Assembly (NCBI RefSeq): GCF_964194155.1
Contig: NC_135889.1
Coordinates: forward strand, 65,782,001 to 65,846,000
Direction of reading: 5' to 3'
Length of the DNA: 64,000 nucleotides
DNA from: Cetorhinus maximus
Taxonomy: Eukaryota
Shown here: in pieces, positions 12,774-26,276 of the stretch
How positions within the stretch are numbered: the stretch's first letter is position 1
Layout: each line of letters opens with the position of its first letter
Position numbers and translations under genes: made by a program
The notes under the pieces: generated by a model
Told to the model about the DNA's origin: nothing
Database searches by the model: none
The model's input: only the letters and a program-made list of their open reading frames with translations

Positions 12774-13520
12774 TGTTATGACACAGCAGTTTGTAAAGGC
12801 TGAGTTATTTAAAAGCCCAAAGGGGAACTCTAAACAAATGTCATAACGTATATTTTCAATTGGTATATTTTGAGTTGCAGCTCTAAATTAAAGAATAAGA
12901 CCACCAGTTCTCAAGAGATTTTTATATCAAACTAAATGAGACATTTATTAATTTACAACAAATTAAACACACATACATGACTACAAATTACTGCTATCAT
13001 AACTTATAACAAATTCCCAAATTAATCTCCACTAAGGTAACAATAACCAATAGACTTAACCAGACACCAGACAAAGCATTTTCATCTTATGAATTCAAAA
13101 TGAGGTTCCTTTCAATTTAGTTCCTTTGTAGACAGTTGTAGGCTTACACACTTAGATCTTACATGCCTCTGACCCGTACACACAAAACTCCTTTCTGTTA
13201 TACCCAGTCTTCCCCTTTGAATGTAAATTTTCATTGTATCACCAGGCCCTTTGAACCCCTTTCATAGTGCCAATTTTGTTAATAATATAATTATTGCTTG
13301 GTGTCTCCTAGCTAGGTGCAAGATTTCACTTCCACTCTTGAAAGCTCTATTCAACAAAATGTAAAAGTACCCTCTACCTACTGTTTACATCTTAGAACTA
13401 CTATACATCAAAGCACCCAGACTAGGTGGCTTTAACCCAATTAACACACACACAGACTAAACCTCTATTTAAAAAAATAATTTCCAATAACATTATATAC
13501 ATTAATATCTCTTACTGACA
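12774..13520 (-). repeat. 3' LTR of Gmr1-like element A
   Basis: Direct repeat of 17681-18419; adjacent polypurine tract cagaagggga on the minus strand (13521-13530). Confidence 0.95.
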
Positions 13521-16500
13521 TCCCCTTCTGATCAAAAGATGAACCATCATAATTCTTAAAGACAGCTTAATTTTTAATAATCCATCTCACACTATCCCCT
13601 ATACTTATTACCCTATTACATTACCAGATGCATGCATTAACAAAACAACATATATACACAAATCCTTGATATCAACAGGAATCACTCCTGTTCACTGTCC
13701 AGGTTTTCAAAAAATGTCCAATTTACCTTTAAGCTTCAAATTCTTGATAACACATCTGCAAATAGATTCTCTCTACCAGCAACATGTATAATCTGTAGAT
13801 TAAATGGTTGTAATAATAGACCCCAGCTGAAAGGCCTTGCACTTTTGTCTTGAAATTTGTCCAAAAACTTCAAAGGATTATGGTCTGTATAAACAATTGT
13901 TTCTGATAATTGTTTGCAACATAAATTTCAAAATGCTGCAATGCTAACACCAAACCCAAAGTCTCTTTTTCGATTGTTGAATATCTTCTCTGTTGTACGT
14001 TCATCTTCCGTGAAAAATACCCTATCAGTTTTTCAATTCCAGTGTCATCATCTTGCAGCACTACAGCCCAATGTCTATATCGCTTGCATCAACGGCCAAC
14101 TTGAATTGCTTGGCAAAATTGGGTACTTCCAAAACTGGTGTTGTAGTTAATACAGTTTTCAAACTATCAAATGACTTCTGACATTCCAGTGTCCATTGAA
14201 ACTTATTGTTCTTTTTTTAATAGTTCAGTAAGTGGAGCAACCACTCTGCTAAAATTTGGTACAAATTTCTGGTAAAACCCACTGATGCCCAGAAATCTCA
14301 AAACTCCTTGTTTTGTTGTAGGCACTGGGAAATCCGCGAAAGCCTTGACTTTCGCATCTCTCTGAGCCACTTTACCATGTCCAATGGTCTGGCCTAGATA
14401 TGTAACTTGTGCTTTTGCAAATTCACTTTTAGCCAAGTTCATCACCAAATTAGCTGCTTGTATTTGAGTAAATAATTCTTCCAGATGCTGTAAATGCTCC
14501 TCCCACATCTGTCTGAAAACGATTAGATCATCAATATAAACAACACAATTGCTTAGACCTGCAATTACTTTGTCAGTCTTTAAAATGTTGCAGGTGCATT
14601 CTTCATACCAAATGCCAATGACCTTAATGCCATGATATAGTCCACTTGGCATTACAAAAGCTGTTATCTCCTTTGCTCTTTCTGACATCAGTACCTGCCA
14701 ATATCCATTTAGCAAGTCAATATTTTCAATTGTCCCACTTTCTCAATGCAATCTTCCAGCCATGGTATAGGATATGAATCCACTTTTGTCACTGCATTCA
14801 CCTTTTCGATAGTCCACATACAGTCTTTGTGTCCCATCCAGTTTCAGTACCAGTGCAATAGTCGAACTTCAGTTACTGCGACTAGACTCAATGATATCAT
14901 TTTGAAGTATTAAATCAATTTCTTTTTGTACTAATGAGAACTTTTCTGGACCTAATCTATAAAGATGTTGCCTTATTGAAGATGAAACTTCTATACATAC
15001 ATCATGCATAGCTAAATTTGCCTTTCCCAGCTTAGCTGTAATATTTATTAAAGGTATCGCTTCAGGAAACCTGGTAGACACATCCATTATTGTGAATAAA
15101 TATTGATTTCCACTTTAAATCTCAGGGAGGGTTCTACACAATCAATCATGACCCTGGTAAAAGGTTCTTCAAATGCAGGTATTGGGATTAAAGTCGCCGG
15201 CTTAATCACTGCTTGTGGTTTTCCTGTTATTTGACATGTATAACAGGTTCTATGGAATTTGACTCCATTCCTACGCAATCCTGGCCAAAAAAAACTGTAT
15301 CTTTTCCTGTGTTTTCTTAATTCCTAAATGTCCCCCCAATGGAATTTCATGAGCAATTCTCAGAATCTCATTTCTATACCCTAATGGGATAACAATCTGA
15401 TATACCTCACTCTAGCTTTTATTTGCTGAGACGTGATCTGACCTCCATTTTCTCATTAAAATATCTCCCTGAAGGTAATAACATACTGGAATACATTTTG
15501 CTTTTATTTGTGAATAAGATTTCTGATATAACTGTTTTAATTGCAAATCATTTTACTGTAACTCCACTAACCTCCTTGAGTTAACACTTCAGCTGAATTG
15601 TCCTGTAGTCTTTCCTCCTGAACAATGTTATCAAACACAATGCCAGCTAATTGGATTTTGACACCACCTTCTTGCCTTTGAACTGCCTGCCTTTCTTGTT
15701 TATCTTGTTCTTCCCTATGAGCCTTTGATCTCATTACAATACAATCAGGGAACAATCCAGGATGTTCCTTCTGTAATACCTCTGTTCAAAACACTTCTAT
15801 GGGCTGCTCAACTGCCATAGGCATTACCCAGATTTACAATCCAGCTATATCATCACCCAGAACAAATTGAATGCCTGCAAAGGGCAATTTTTCCACCACT
15901 CCAACTATAACTTCATCTGGCCTCCATTTGCTCTTTAAATTTACCTTACACAATGGAATAGATTTAGCAGCTCCATGAACCCCACTTATTATTACCTGCT
16001 CCTGCAATACTCCCTTTGAACAAGAAATATCATTATCCCACAACATTAAAGATCGACTAGCCCGTGTCTCTTAAAATTTTAATATCTTTACCTACTCCAC
16101 CCTGTACACATGGAAAGACTTTCCCTTCACACACAAAGTCTTTAAACATTTCTGCAACCTGCTCCTCAGAATTGTCTTGAGTAAACTGGGAACACATTTC
16201 CACTCCTTTCCCTTTCACTGATTCTCCCTGTTTCACCTGTACACAAACCAATGGTTTCTCCTGTGCCTGAACCTCAGAACCCACAGTACTTTTACTTCCA
16301 GAGCTTTTCTGTACCTCAATAATTCCAACAGATTTTTCCTTCAATTTCCAATACACTGACTTCGTGTGCCCCACTTTATTACAATGAAAATACCTCAATT
16401 TTCCAATGTCACTTCTACCTTCTTTTATTTTAAGAAAAAACTTTCTGGGAACTTCCAGCTACTACTTCTCTTCCCTGACTACCTTTCACCTTCCCACTTT

Positions 16501-17660
16501 TTATCCTTTTCTATCTGAAAGGGTGATGAGAAGAAGGTTTAGCTTTATGAACTAATTCATAATCATCAGCTATCTCTGCTGCTTGTCTCACAGAATCATC
16601 CCTCTGTCCCTCCACATGAGTTCTCACTACTGAAGGGATTGAATCTTTAAATTCTTCCAAAAGAATGACTTCCCTAAGAGCTGCATACATTGACTCTATT
16701 TTGAACACCCGTATCCACTGGTCAAAATTACTTCATTTTACTCTTTCAAATTCAATATAAGTTTGCCCAGGCTGTTTTCTCATATTCCTAAATTTCTGCC
16801 CGTATGCTTCAGGAACCAACTCATATGCATTCAAAATAGCCTTTTCACTGCATCATAATTCACCGACATTTCATTTGATAGCGAAGCATTAATCTCATGT
16901 GCTCTACCTACCAACTTCGACTAATAATAACATTCAGTTTTCCTGTGGCCATTTCATCTGTTTAGCTAACTTCTCAAATGAAATAGAGAATACTTCAATA
17001 TCTTTTTTCCCTCAAACTTTGGAAGAGCTTGTACAAATTTAAACATCTCCCCACTGGGTTTTACTCTGGAGATAAGTCCTTCCTTACCTCCTGGTATCTC
17101 TTTTTTTAACTGCCAACATTTTCAGTTGGAATTTTCTCCATCTCTCTTTTTCTCTTTCCTCCTCCTCTACCTTCACAATTTCTAATTCCCTTTCCTGTTT
17201 TCTTTCTCTCTCCTGCCCATTTTACTTATTCCCTTTTAAAAGCCATTTCTCTGTCCTTTGCTACTAATCCGAGCTTTTTCAGTTCCTTTGCTTGTTCAAA
17301 TTCAAGTGTCTTGATTTGTAACTGAATTCTCACTTCCTCCAGCTGTGACTCACTGGTGTCAGGTTTCATTTCCAACTGTAGATGCTGTGCTATACTTTTA
17401 ATTATATCTGATTTCCTAGCCCCCGCAGATAACCCCAATTTTAACTCATCAGCTAACCCTGTTAAGTTGCTCTTGGTTACTTGTTGCAACACAATCAGAA
17501 TTATATCTTCTACTCCCAGACATGTCTTAGCAATTGCCAAAGCCATCTTGCAGTCTCACCATTTTTAAAAAACCTCACCAACTCCTGAATTCAAAGTGCT
17601 TCCCATACTCATAACCTTAAGATTCACCAATTCCAAACCAATCAAGGAATTATAAATATT

Positions 17661-17678
17661 ATCCTGGACGAGCCCCCA
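17661..17678 (-). promoter_or_regulatory. Primer-binding site, tRNA-Pro
   Basis: Minus strand TGGGGGCTCGTCCAGGAT versus canonical tRNA-Pro PBS TGGGGGCTCGTCCGGGAT, 2 nt from the LTR end. Confidence 0.9.
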
Positions 17679-17680
17679 AT

Positions 17681-18419
17681 TGTTATGACACAGCAGTTTG
17701 TAAAGGCTGAGTTATTTAAATGCCCAGAGGGAAACTCTAAACAAATGTCATAACGTATATTTTCAGTTGGTATATTTTGAGTTGCAGCTCTAAATTAAAG
17801 AATAAGACCACCAGTTCTCAAGAGATTTTTATATCAAACTAAATGAGACATTTATTAATTTACAACAAATTAAACACAGACACATGGCTACAAATTACTG
17901 CTATCATAACTTATAACAAATTCCCAAATTAGTAAGGCAACAATAACCAATAGACTTAACCAGACACCCGGCAAAGCTTTTTCATCTTACAAATTCAAAA
18001 TGAGGTTCCTTTCAATTTAGTTCCTTTGTAGACAGTTGTAGACTTACAGGCTTAGATCTTACATGCCTTTGACCTGTACACACAAAACTCCTTTCTGTTA
18101 TACCCAGCCCTCCCCTTTGAATGTAAATTTTCATTGTATCACCAGGCCCTTTGAACTCCTTTCATAGTGCCAATTTTGTTAGTAATATAAACATTGCTTG
18201 GTGTCTCCTAGCTAGGTGCAAGATTTCACTCACACTCTTGAATGTGCTATTTAACAAAATGCAAATGTACCCTCTACCTACTGTTTACATCTCAGAACTA
18301 CTATACATCAAAGCACCCAGACTAGGTGGCTTTAATTCAATTAACACACACAAACTAAACCTCTATTTTAAAAAAGTAATTTCCAATAACATTATATACA
18401 TTAATATCTCTTCCTGACA
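17681..18419 (-). repeat. 5' LTR of Gmr1-like element A
   Basis: Direct repeat of 12774-13520. Confidence 0.95.
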
Positions 18420-18795
18420 ATCCTCTATTAATTAATGACCTTGTTACTGCTAATAAACCTTACCAATACTAAAAAAGCTTTACCAATGCTAATAAACTCT
18501 ACTACTATCAATAAACCTTACTAATACTGGTAAAATCTACTCATTATCACCAGTAAGGTGTATTAAGTATAAACCTTACATAAAAATACAATATAAGACT
18601 CCCCAGCTACATACTGTTTTGAAAAATAAACAAGAAAACACTTGGCAACTAATCATTTAGGTGTTTCCTTATGATGTCACACTTTGATTTTCTTTGGAGA
18701 CCCCCCGTCGGTCTCGCAGTGACTCTCTCACTCTCTCCTCCACCCCTTTTATCCCTGCTGAACTCTTGCCTCTCCCGTTGGTCTCACAGTGACAC
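18420..18795 (-). mobile_element. Probable 5' UTR of the CR1 interrupted by Gypsy A
   Basis: Continues from the insertion site. Contains approx. 18-bp degenerate repeats (taataaaccttaccaatac) and a duplicated cccgt(c/t)ggtctc(g/a)cagtgac motif. Confidence 0.5.
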
Positions 18796-19694
18796 TTCTT
18801 ATTATGATCTTATAATCATATAAGCTACATTCTTTCATCCCTACAGAATGAGGTAGGACACTATACTCCATTTTCCTTTTTTGTATACATCATAGCGTCT
18901 ATTGTTTCCATATTATATGACCACCACAGAGTATGATTATAAACTAAGATGGATGTTATCTGGCTGAATCACAGTGTGTTGTGCAGGCATCATTGTCTGC
19001 CAAAACTGCCCACTTTTCTAGGTTCATCTCTGAGAGCCAAGATCACCCTGGATTTCTTTTCTCCATTACTGACCATCTACTTAAACCTTTCTCTGTTGCC
19101 CCCTTCACCCTCACCTCCAACAACAAGTGGAAGAAGCTTATGGACTTGGTCACCTAGAGACCCTCTATTCATCTGGCTTCATTGTTTCTACTCTCCTTCC
19201 CCAAGTCCAAGCCAAACCACACCATGCCTCAGGCTTGCCTGTATCGCCCTGAACTTCCATCACACTCGTTTCTCTCTCTCTCTTTTTCCCAAGTCCATCT
19301 CCTGTTTCCTTGACCCCATTATCACCACTGACCTCCAGCTGATGTGTAAATGGTTTCCTCTCTTCAGGCAGTGTTCCTTTCCCTTTTGAAACCACCATAA
19401 TCGTGACTCTGCTCAGAAAGCTTTTGCAATCTGCCATCCCATCTCTAAGCTCTTGTTTCTCCCCAAAATCTTTTAATGTCCAATTGCCTCCAAAAGAGGC
19501 CCATCTTTCCCACAACTTCCTGGTTGAACATGTCCAATTTCAATTCCAGCCCTTCCTTGCTAACTCATCACCCTGACTGATGTTTAGACAACACAAGAAA
19601 TTTAAGGCTGGGCTCCAGGGATAAATGGGCTGCACCATCTAACTTTCTGTTCCATGACGTCACCTGTCTCCACTCCTTCCAAAGCCCATTTTTA

Positions 19695-20160
19695 AGATTC
19701 GTTCTTGAGACATAGGCATTGCTAACAAATGCATTTATTGCCCAGTTTCATTGGCCTGGTCGTGGGCCGCCTTCTAGAACCATTGCAGGGCTTGAGGTGA
19801 AAGAGCTCCCACTGTGTTGCTTGTTATTCTTTGTCCAGTTTGATACAGCTGAGTGGCTGGTTAGATTACTTCAAAGCCAGTTAAGCACCAACAACGTTTA
19901 TGTGGAACTGGAGTCACACATAGGTCGGACCAGAGAAATATCACAGGTTTGCTTTCCAAAAGGATATTTGTGAACCAGTGGATGTTTTTGACAACTGACA
20001 GCTTCACAGTCACATTTAGTGGCATCAGTTTTTACTTATATATTTTGTAAACTGAATTTAAATTCTCAAACCGCCATAGTGGGATTTGAACTCATGTTCT
20101 CTGAATTATTAGCCCAGGCCTCTGGATTACCTGTAACTACTATACAGTAACACTTCACCC
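19695..20160 (-). mobile_element. tRNA-headed SINE whose 3' tail resembles the CR1-clade LINE at 1-699 and 51712-53585
   Basis: B-box-like gagttcaaatccc (minus, approx. 20081-20093) and ccaggcctctggattac head. Tail gcatttattgccca matches the LINE tail atatttactgcccatcc. Confidence 0.6.
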
Positions 20161-20284
20161 ACCCCAACATCTTTCCGCTGCTGAAACCAGCGTCCAAGCC
20201 TTTAGTAAATCAGACTTGACTATTACAACACTCTCCTGGCCGGCCTTCTATCTTGCATCTTCTTCTGAAAGCTGTTTTCACTGG

Positions 20285-20570
20285 CAGATTTAAGGTAAGT
20301 GGTAAAAGAAAATAAAGGGGAAATTAGGTTATTTTGTAAACTCAGTGAGTTATGATGATCTGGAATCTGGAATGCACTGCCTGAAAGGGTCGTAGAAGCA
20401 AATTCAATTATAACTTTCAAAAGGGAATTGGATAAATACTTGAAAGAAAACATTTCAGGTCTGTTGAAGGAGTAGGGGAGTAGAACTAATTGGATAGCTC
20501 TTTCAAAGAGAAACACGGGCACGATGAGCTGAATGGCCTCCTCTGTTACATCATTTTGAGATTCTGTGAA
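20285..20570 (+). mobile_element. CR1 3' end fragment
   Basis: tggaatgcactgcctgaaagggtcgtagaagca...ggcacgatgagctgaatggcctcctctg...gattctgtga. Confidence 0.7.
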
Positions 20571-21691
20571 CTTCAGCTCAGCCAAAACTCTGCTGTCAGT
20601 ATCCCAACCTGCACTAGGTTTCCTTGTCTCACTGACCTACATTGGCTCTGTCCGGTAGCAGCACAAATTTAAAATATTCATCCTCATGTTTAAATCCCTT
20701 CATGGTTTTACCCATCCCCATCTCTATCCCCGTAATTTCCTCCAATCCTCCCCTGAACTCTTAGTTCCATTGACTCTGACCTCTTGTGCATTCCCCGCTC
20801 CTTTGCCTCACCATAGGTTCATGTGCCTTGAGTCAGCTATGACCCACAGCCAGTGATTTGATCTCTAAGACCCTCTTACTCTCCACCTCTCTCTTGTGCT
20901 TAAGCTCTGACCTAGCTTTTGGTCTCCTATCCTAATATATCTTCTTTTGGCCTGACTTTTATTTGATTATGCCTCTGTGTAGCACTTTGGGACAATTTGT
21001 TATGATAATGGCACTATATAAATGTAAGTTGTTCTCATAGTCATCACTGCTGGACTGTGAATTTCAGGCGGCACAAACCATTGATCTCTATAGCCCAGGG
21101 TAGTAATGGCCTTAATTTGCTTCTGTTATCAGAGTGTGGGAAGCACAGGGGCTAGAATGAGAGGGCTGAAGGGCACAGATTGGAATGAGGGCTTGACAAA
21201 GCCATGGATTAATTTGTAAATAAGGATAAGGAATTTGAATAGTGTACTGAAGGACTGGGAACCAATAGAGATCAGTAAAGAAAAGAGAAATGGATAAGTG
21301 GGACTTAGTTCAGGAACTACATGCCTGTTAGTCTGACTTCGGTAGCAGAGGAAATGCTAGAATCTATTATAAAGGATGTGATAACTGGACAGTTAGAAAA
21401 TAATGGTAGGGTTGGACAGAGTCAACATGGATTTATGATTATGAAGAGGGAAATCATGTTTAACAGACCTGTCGGGAGTTTTTTGAGGATGTAACCAGTA
21501 GAAAAGATAAGGGGGAACCAGTGGATGTGGTGCATTTGGATTTTTCGAAGGCTTTCGATAAGGTCCCACACAGGAGGTTAAGAAACAAAATTAGAACACT
21601 TGGGACTAGAGTGAAATGCTAGCCTGGACTGAGAATTGGTAATGGACAGAAAAGAGAGAAGGAATAAACAGATCATTCTCAGCTTGGCAAG

Positions 21692-24600
21692 TGTAGAGAT
21701 GTACTAACCGAGAGGCTTCTTTCGCTGAATAGCGAACTTTATTTACAGAGCTGTTGGATTAGCTGCCTGCTTCTAGCATACACTCCCGAGACTAGGAAAA
21801 CTCCATCCCTTTATGAGATTCCCCGCACTCAGTGTTGATTGGCTGTTCTGACCACTTGACCCTTACTCAGTAAGGCTGGCCTTACAGCAACAATCACTAC
21901 ATCCCTCCCCCTTTAATTCCTTGTTTTACATTCCTTACACAAACTACTTTATACAGGTGAATAGAAAATAAATCAAAAACCGTAGAAATAATCACGCTTG
22001 CACTTTGTCATGAATTCAGATTATACACTTATACACATAGGCCCAGCAATTACAAATCAAGCTGTAGAGGGGATTTTCTGTTTCGGGTAGAGTAGTGTAA
22101 CTCTATTAGCCTGAGGCTCTCCTGCAGGATCGACACTAACAGGAACTGCAATAACAGGTACCTCTTCTGGCACAAGCAGTTCATTACTATTTGATTCAAT
22201 GGAGACATGAGTTATGTCTATAACAGGTCGATCAGGTACTTCTGTGCTTATGGGTTCGATAACATTCCTTGGTGGCAACACTGACTGGCACCGTCTCCTT
22301 GCTGCTCAGGTGATCCACGTGTTTATGAATGACCCGGCCTTCCATGTCAACTTGGTATGAAAGGTCTCACCGACGATAACTCCTGGGATCCAACTTGGAC
22401 CACTACCGAAGTTTCTTACATATACGGCTTCATCTACCATACATTTCTGGGCTCTATTAAGCAAATTGTGGCTTGTTTTACCTTGGTTCTTCTCTACCCT
22501 CCCTGGCAAATTTGGAAATACGAGGCTCAGTCTCGTTCTGAGATGATGCTTCATAAGCAGTTCTGCTGGTGGAACTCCTGTTGTTGCATGCAGAGTCGTG
22601 CAGTAGCTAAGGAGGAAGCGTGAGGTTTTGGTTTCCAAGGCTCCTCCTGACAACTTTTTTAGTCTTCACTTGAAAGTTTGGACAGCCCTCTTGGCTAGTC
22701 TGTTTGATGCTGGGTGATAAGGTGCAGTTCAGATGTGTTTAATGCCATTTAGACTGGTGAAGTTCTGAAATTCAACATGTGTAAATACGGCTCCATTGTC
22801 TAATACAATGACTTTGGGCAATCTGTGAGTGGAAAGACATTGGCGTAACCGTTTGATGGTAGTATGCGAAGTAGGTGATTTCACCTCAACAATCTCCATC
22901 TATTTTGAGTGTGCGACGATTATGAGCAAAAACATTGTGCATAGGAATGGACCCACGTAGCCTATATGGATTCACGCCATGGCCGGCCAGGCCATTGCCA
23001 AGGATGTAATGGGGCTGCAGCTGGCAACTTCTGTTGCAGTTGGCACTGTTTACAATGCTTGACTAGCATCTTGATATCTGCATCTATACCAGCCCACCAC
23101 ACGTAACTCCTTACGAGCATTTTCATTTTAGAAATGCCAGGATGAGTGCTGTGTAATTCAGTTAAGAGCAGAAGTCGTGTCTGGTACAGGAATGACTACT
23201 CTTGCTCCCCCAGAGTATGATGCCATCCTGACAACTCAATTCGTATTTGTGGGTAAAAATTGGCTTCATTTCCTCAGAGACTGGCTCACTTAACCATCCT
23301 GTAAGTATCTGGTGTCTCACTTTTTAGACAGAAGCAGATCTCGATTGGCCTAGTTCCTGATCTGCTTCACGCCGATGGACAATGTGTCTAAAAAATTCAA
23401 TGCAAGGAGAATTTCTTTGGGTGCAGGAGTACACAAGATTCTTTCTTGCAAGGGTAGGTGGCTAAGAGCGTCCACATTTGCTATGAGTATCCCAGGTCAG
23501 TGCTTGAAAGTGTATTTGTAGGCAGACAGAATGAATGCCCATCACTGAATTCTTGCCAAGGCTGTCGGCGGGATAGCCTCGTCTTCTTTGAAAAGGCCCA
23601 AAAGCGGTTTATAATCGGAGACGATAGTTAAGTGCTTGCCATGTAAGTACTGGTGGAAATTTTTAACTCCAAAGACTATTGACAGTCCTTCCTTCTCGAT
23701 CTGCGAATAACCTTTTCCGGCCACTGAGAGGGTTCTTGGTACGTAACCTATTAGCCTCTCAGAGCCATCGTCCATTTCATGGGACAATACTGCACCAACG
23801 CCAAATGGAGAGGCGTCGCAGGTCAATATCAATTCTTTAAATGGGTCGAGGTGCACTAACAAGGTTGAGGAGTGCAGCAGTTGTTGGGTAAAAATCGTCC
23901 GTAGTAGTTTACCATCCCTAAAAATGATTTGAGTTTGGTGATATTTGTGGGGGAAGGTGCCTCCTTTATTGCCTTAACCTTTCCTTCCACAGGCTGTAAT
24001 CCTTGTGTGTCTACATGGTGCCCCAGATAAGTAACCTTTGTGGCTTGGAAAGTGCATTTGTCCTTTTTTAGGCAAACTCCCGCTTCCAGAAATCTTTTTA
24101 ATGCCTCCTCTAAATTTGCTACATTCTCAGCCTCTGTTGATCCAGTTATGAGGACTTCGCAAAGGTATACTACAACATATGGTAGTCCCTGTAGCAGACT
24201 CTCCATCTTCCTTTCAAATATTACACACCAAAGACACACCAAAAAGAAGACATGTATACTGGAATAGGCCTTTGTGCTTGTTTATTGTGACATATCCCTG
24301 GGATATGTTATCTAACTTGAGTTGCTGGTACGCATGGCTCCTATCCAACTTAATGTAGGATTGACCTCCTGCCAGCTTTGTGTACAAGTCTTCAATTCTT
24401 GGAATTGGATATTTATCCAACTTGTTGGCTTGATTAATGTTAGCTTATAATCACCGCAAATGCAGACGGTCTTATCCAGTCTCAGTATGAGGATGATATG
24501 TGTTGCCCATTCTGAAAATTGAACCGTCTGTATGATGCCTAGTTCCTCCAACCTGTTTAACTCAGCATCTACTTTTTCTCTTAAAGCATATGGTACCAGT

Positions 24601-26276
24601 CTTGCCTTAAAAATTGGGTAATTGCCTCTGGATCAACATAAACCTTTGCTTGTAGGCCTTTGATTTTTCCTAATTCATTGTGAAAGAGGCTGTCATTTTT
24701 TTTTTAACAATTCTAGCAGTCCTCCTGCCTGCACTTGAAAATTCTAGGACCAATTTAACTTGATTTCTTTCATCTAATCACAGCCCAGAAGGCTTGGTCC
24801 TTCCCCAGTCACTATTATTACTGGGAGCTGGGCTGACTGCTGCCCATAGCTCATAGATACCATGGCAGTGCCTTTTAATTTTATGGCTTTTCCTGTTTAA
24901 GTCTTCAACTGGGTAGAAGTTCTCTCCAGGCTTAAGGGTTGGGTACTTTCTCTCAGGTACTGTAATGTGCACTCACCCATCACTTGGCTGATGCCCCTGT
25001 ATCCACCTCCATAACTAGAGACTTCAAGTTTACATGGAGTGTGACAGTAATAGGGTCTGCCTTGACTGCTTTAAGATTAAAAAGAGAGTGAATGTCAGAA
25101 TCAGTTACTTCAGGCTCTTTCACATTATGTACTTCTAATATCTTCGCTGGCTGGTTACTTAGCAGTCTGGACTTAGCTCAGCACTGTTATATCAAATGTC
25201 TTCTTTTTTGACAGTAATAGCACTCGGCTTCCTTAAAACTACATGTTTCAGAAGTGTGGTTACCCCCACATTGATAACATTTCAACTTCAGGATCGCTGT
25301 CTGATTGCCTCCGGTGTATATTTTCTGATTTCTGGGTAATTGGGAATGATTCCCTCTTTGCGGCTGCTTCAGTGGTTTTGGTGCCACACCTGGCTGCAGG
25401 TTCCTACTCTACCCCGTAAACGGTGCTATTTTGCAAGATTTGTAGCTCCTGCAAATCTTTTTCAGCACTTTCCATGGCCAGTCCTATCTCCATTGCTCAT
25501 TTAAAATTTATATTGACTTCTGCCAGCAATCGACGCTGGATGGTGTCATTGCGCACGCCACATACTAACCGATCCCACAGCATGTCATTCAAGGTCATTC
25601 CGCAATCACAATTCTCTGACAATTGCTTCAACTTAGCAACATAAGTCGCAATCAATTCGCCTGGGGCACTCACCCTCGTATTAAATTTGAATCTTTGCAT
25701 AATGACCAATGGTTTGGGCTGAAAATGGCCTTTCACTGAATCCATGAGCTCACTGAACGATTTGGAGTTGGGTGCGTTTGGGGCTGTAAGACTGCAAATA
25801 AGGCTGTAGGTTTGACTCCCAAAGGCGCCCCAGAAAACTGATTTGCGCTTTGCCTCCTCCCCTATTTCGTTGGCCTGGAAATAAAACCCGAGGTGCCCGA
25901 TGCATTGACTCCAGTCCTCTGTGAAGGAGTCAAATGGGTCGATCTTCCTGAAGAGAGTCATCCTGGTGAGTATATATTTTTTTCTTTCCTTCTTTGAAAT
26001 GAGATATTCACAGTTGTATGGCGACAGGTAGTCCCAGATCATTTATCCTCGTTGCCAGATATAGAGATGTACTACTGAGAGGCTTCTTTAGTTGAACAAC
26101 AAACTTTATTGACAGCTGTTGGATTAGCTGTCTGCTCCTAGCAAGGCTACAATATAACCCCCCCAGGCTAGGAAAACTCCACCCCTTATGAGATTCCCTG
26201 CCCTCGGTGTTGATTGGCTATCCTGACCACATGACCCTTATTCAGTAAGGTTGGCCTTAAAGCATCAATCACCACA
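21692..26276 (-). mobile_element. Mag-lineage Gypsy LTR retrotransposon, two-LTR provirus, decayed
   Basis: Short LTRs 21692-21901 and 26060-26276, near-TSD gcaag/gcagg, PPT aaagggggaggga (minus, 21902-21914). Gag with CYQCGGNH..C and CYYC knuckles, PR VDTGA, RT YPIPRIEDL, RH LTCDAS...YSQIEKE, IN at the 3' end. Confidence 0.93.
26045..26057 (-). promoter_or_regulatory. Primer-binding site, probably tRNA-Ser(GCU)
   Basis: Minus strand TGGCAACGAGGAT versus TGGCGACGAGGAT expected from the vertebrate tRNA-Ser(GCU) 3' end. Confidence 0.7.

Larger units (their letters stand above)
12774..18419 (-). mobile_element. Gmr1-like Gypsy LTR retrotransposon, two-LTR provirus, decayed, with internal integrase deletion
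   Basis: Direct LTRs 12774-13520 and 17681-18419 (TGTTA...TGACA), near-TSD attct/atcct, PBS and PPT. Minus-strand order: gag (LREVILLEEFK, HCNKVGH), PR (LRDTG), IN (CQITGKP, MDVSTRFPEAIPL), RT (GYWQV, YIDD), RH (YSTIEKE). Confidence 0.95.
19200..21032 (+). mobile_element. Decayed L2 LINE carrying nested SINE and CR1 fragments
   Basis: agacttgactattacaacactctcctggccggcct, ctcactgacctacattggctc, tail gcactttgggac...ggcactatataaatgtaagttg. Confidence 0.7.

Noticed and set aside
12774-18419. Endogenous retrovirus suggested by the tRNA-Pro PBS
   Set aside because: No env, Gypsy-type RT and RH motifs, integrase upstream of RT
20070-20160. tRNA gene
   Set aside because: Only a decayed B-box in a SINE head; no cloverleaf
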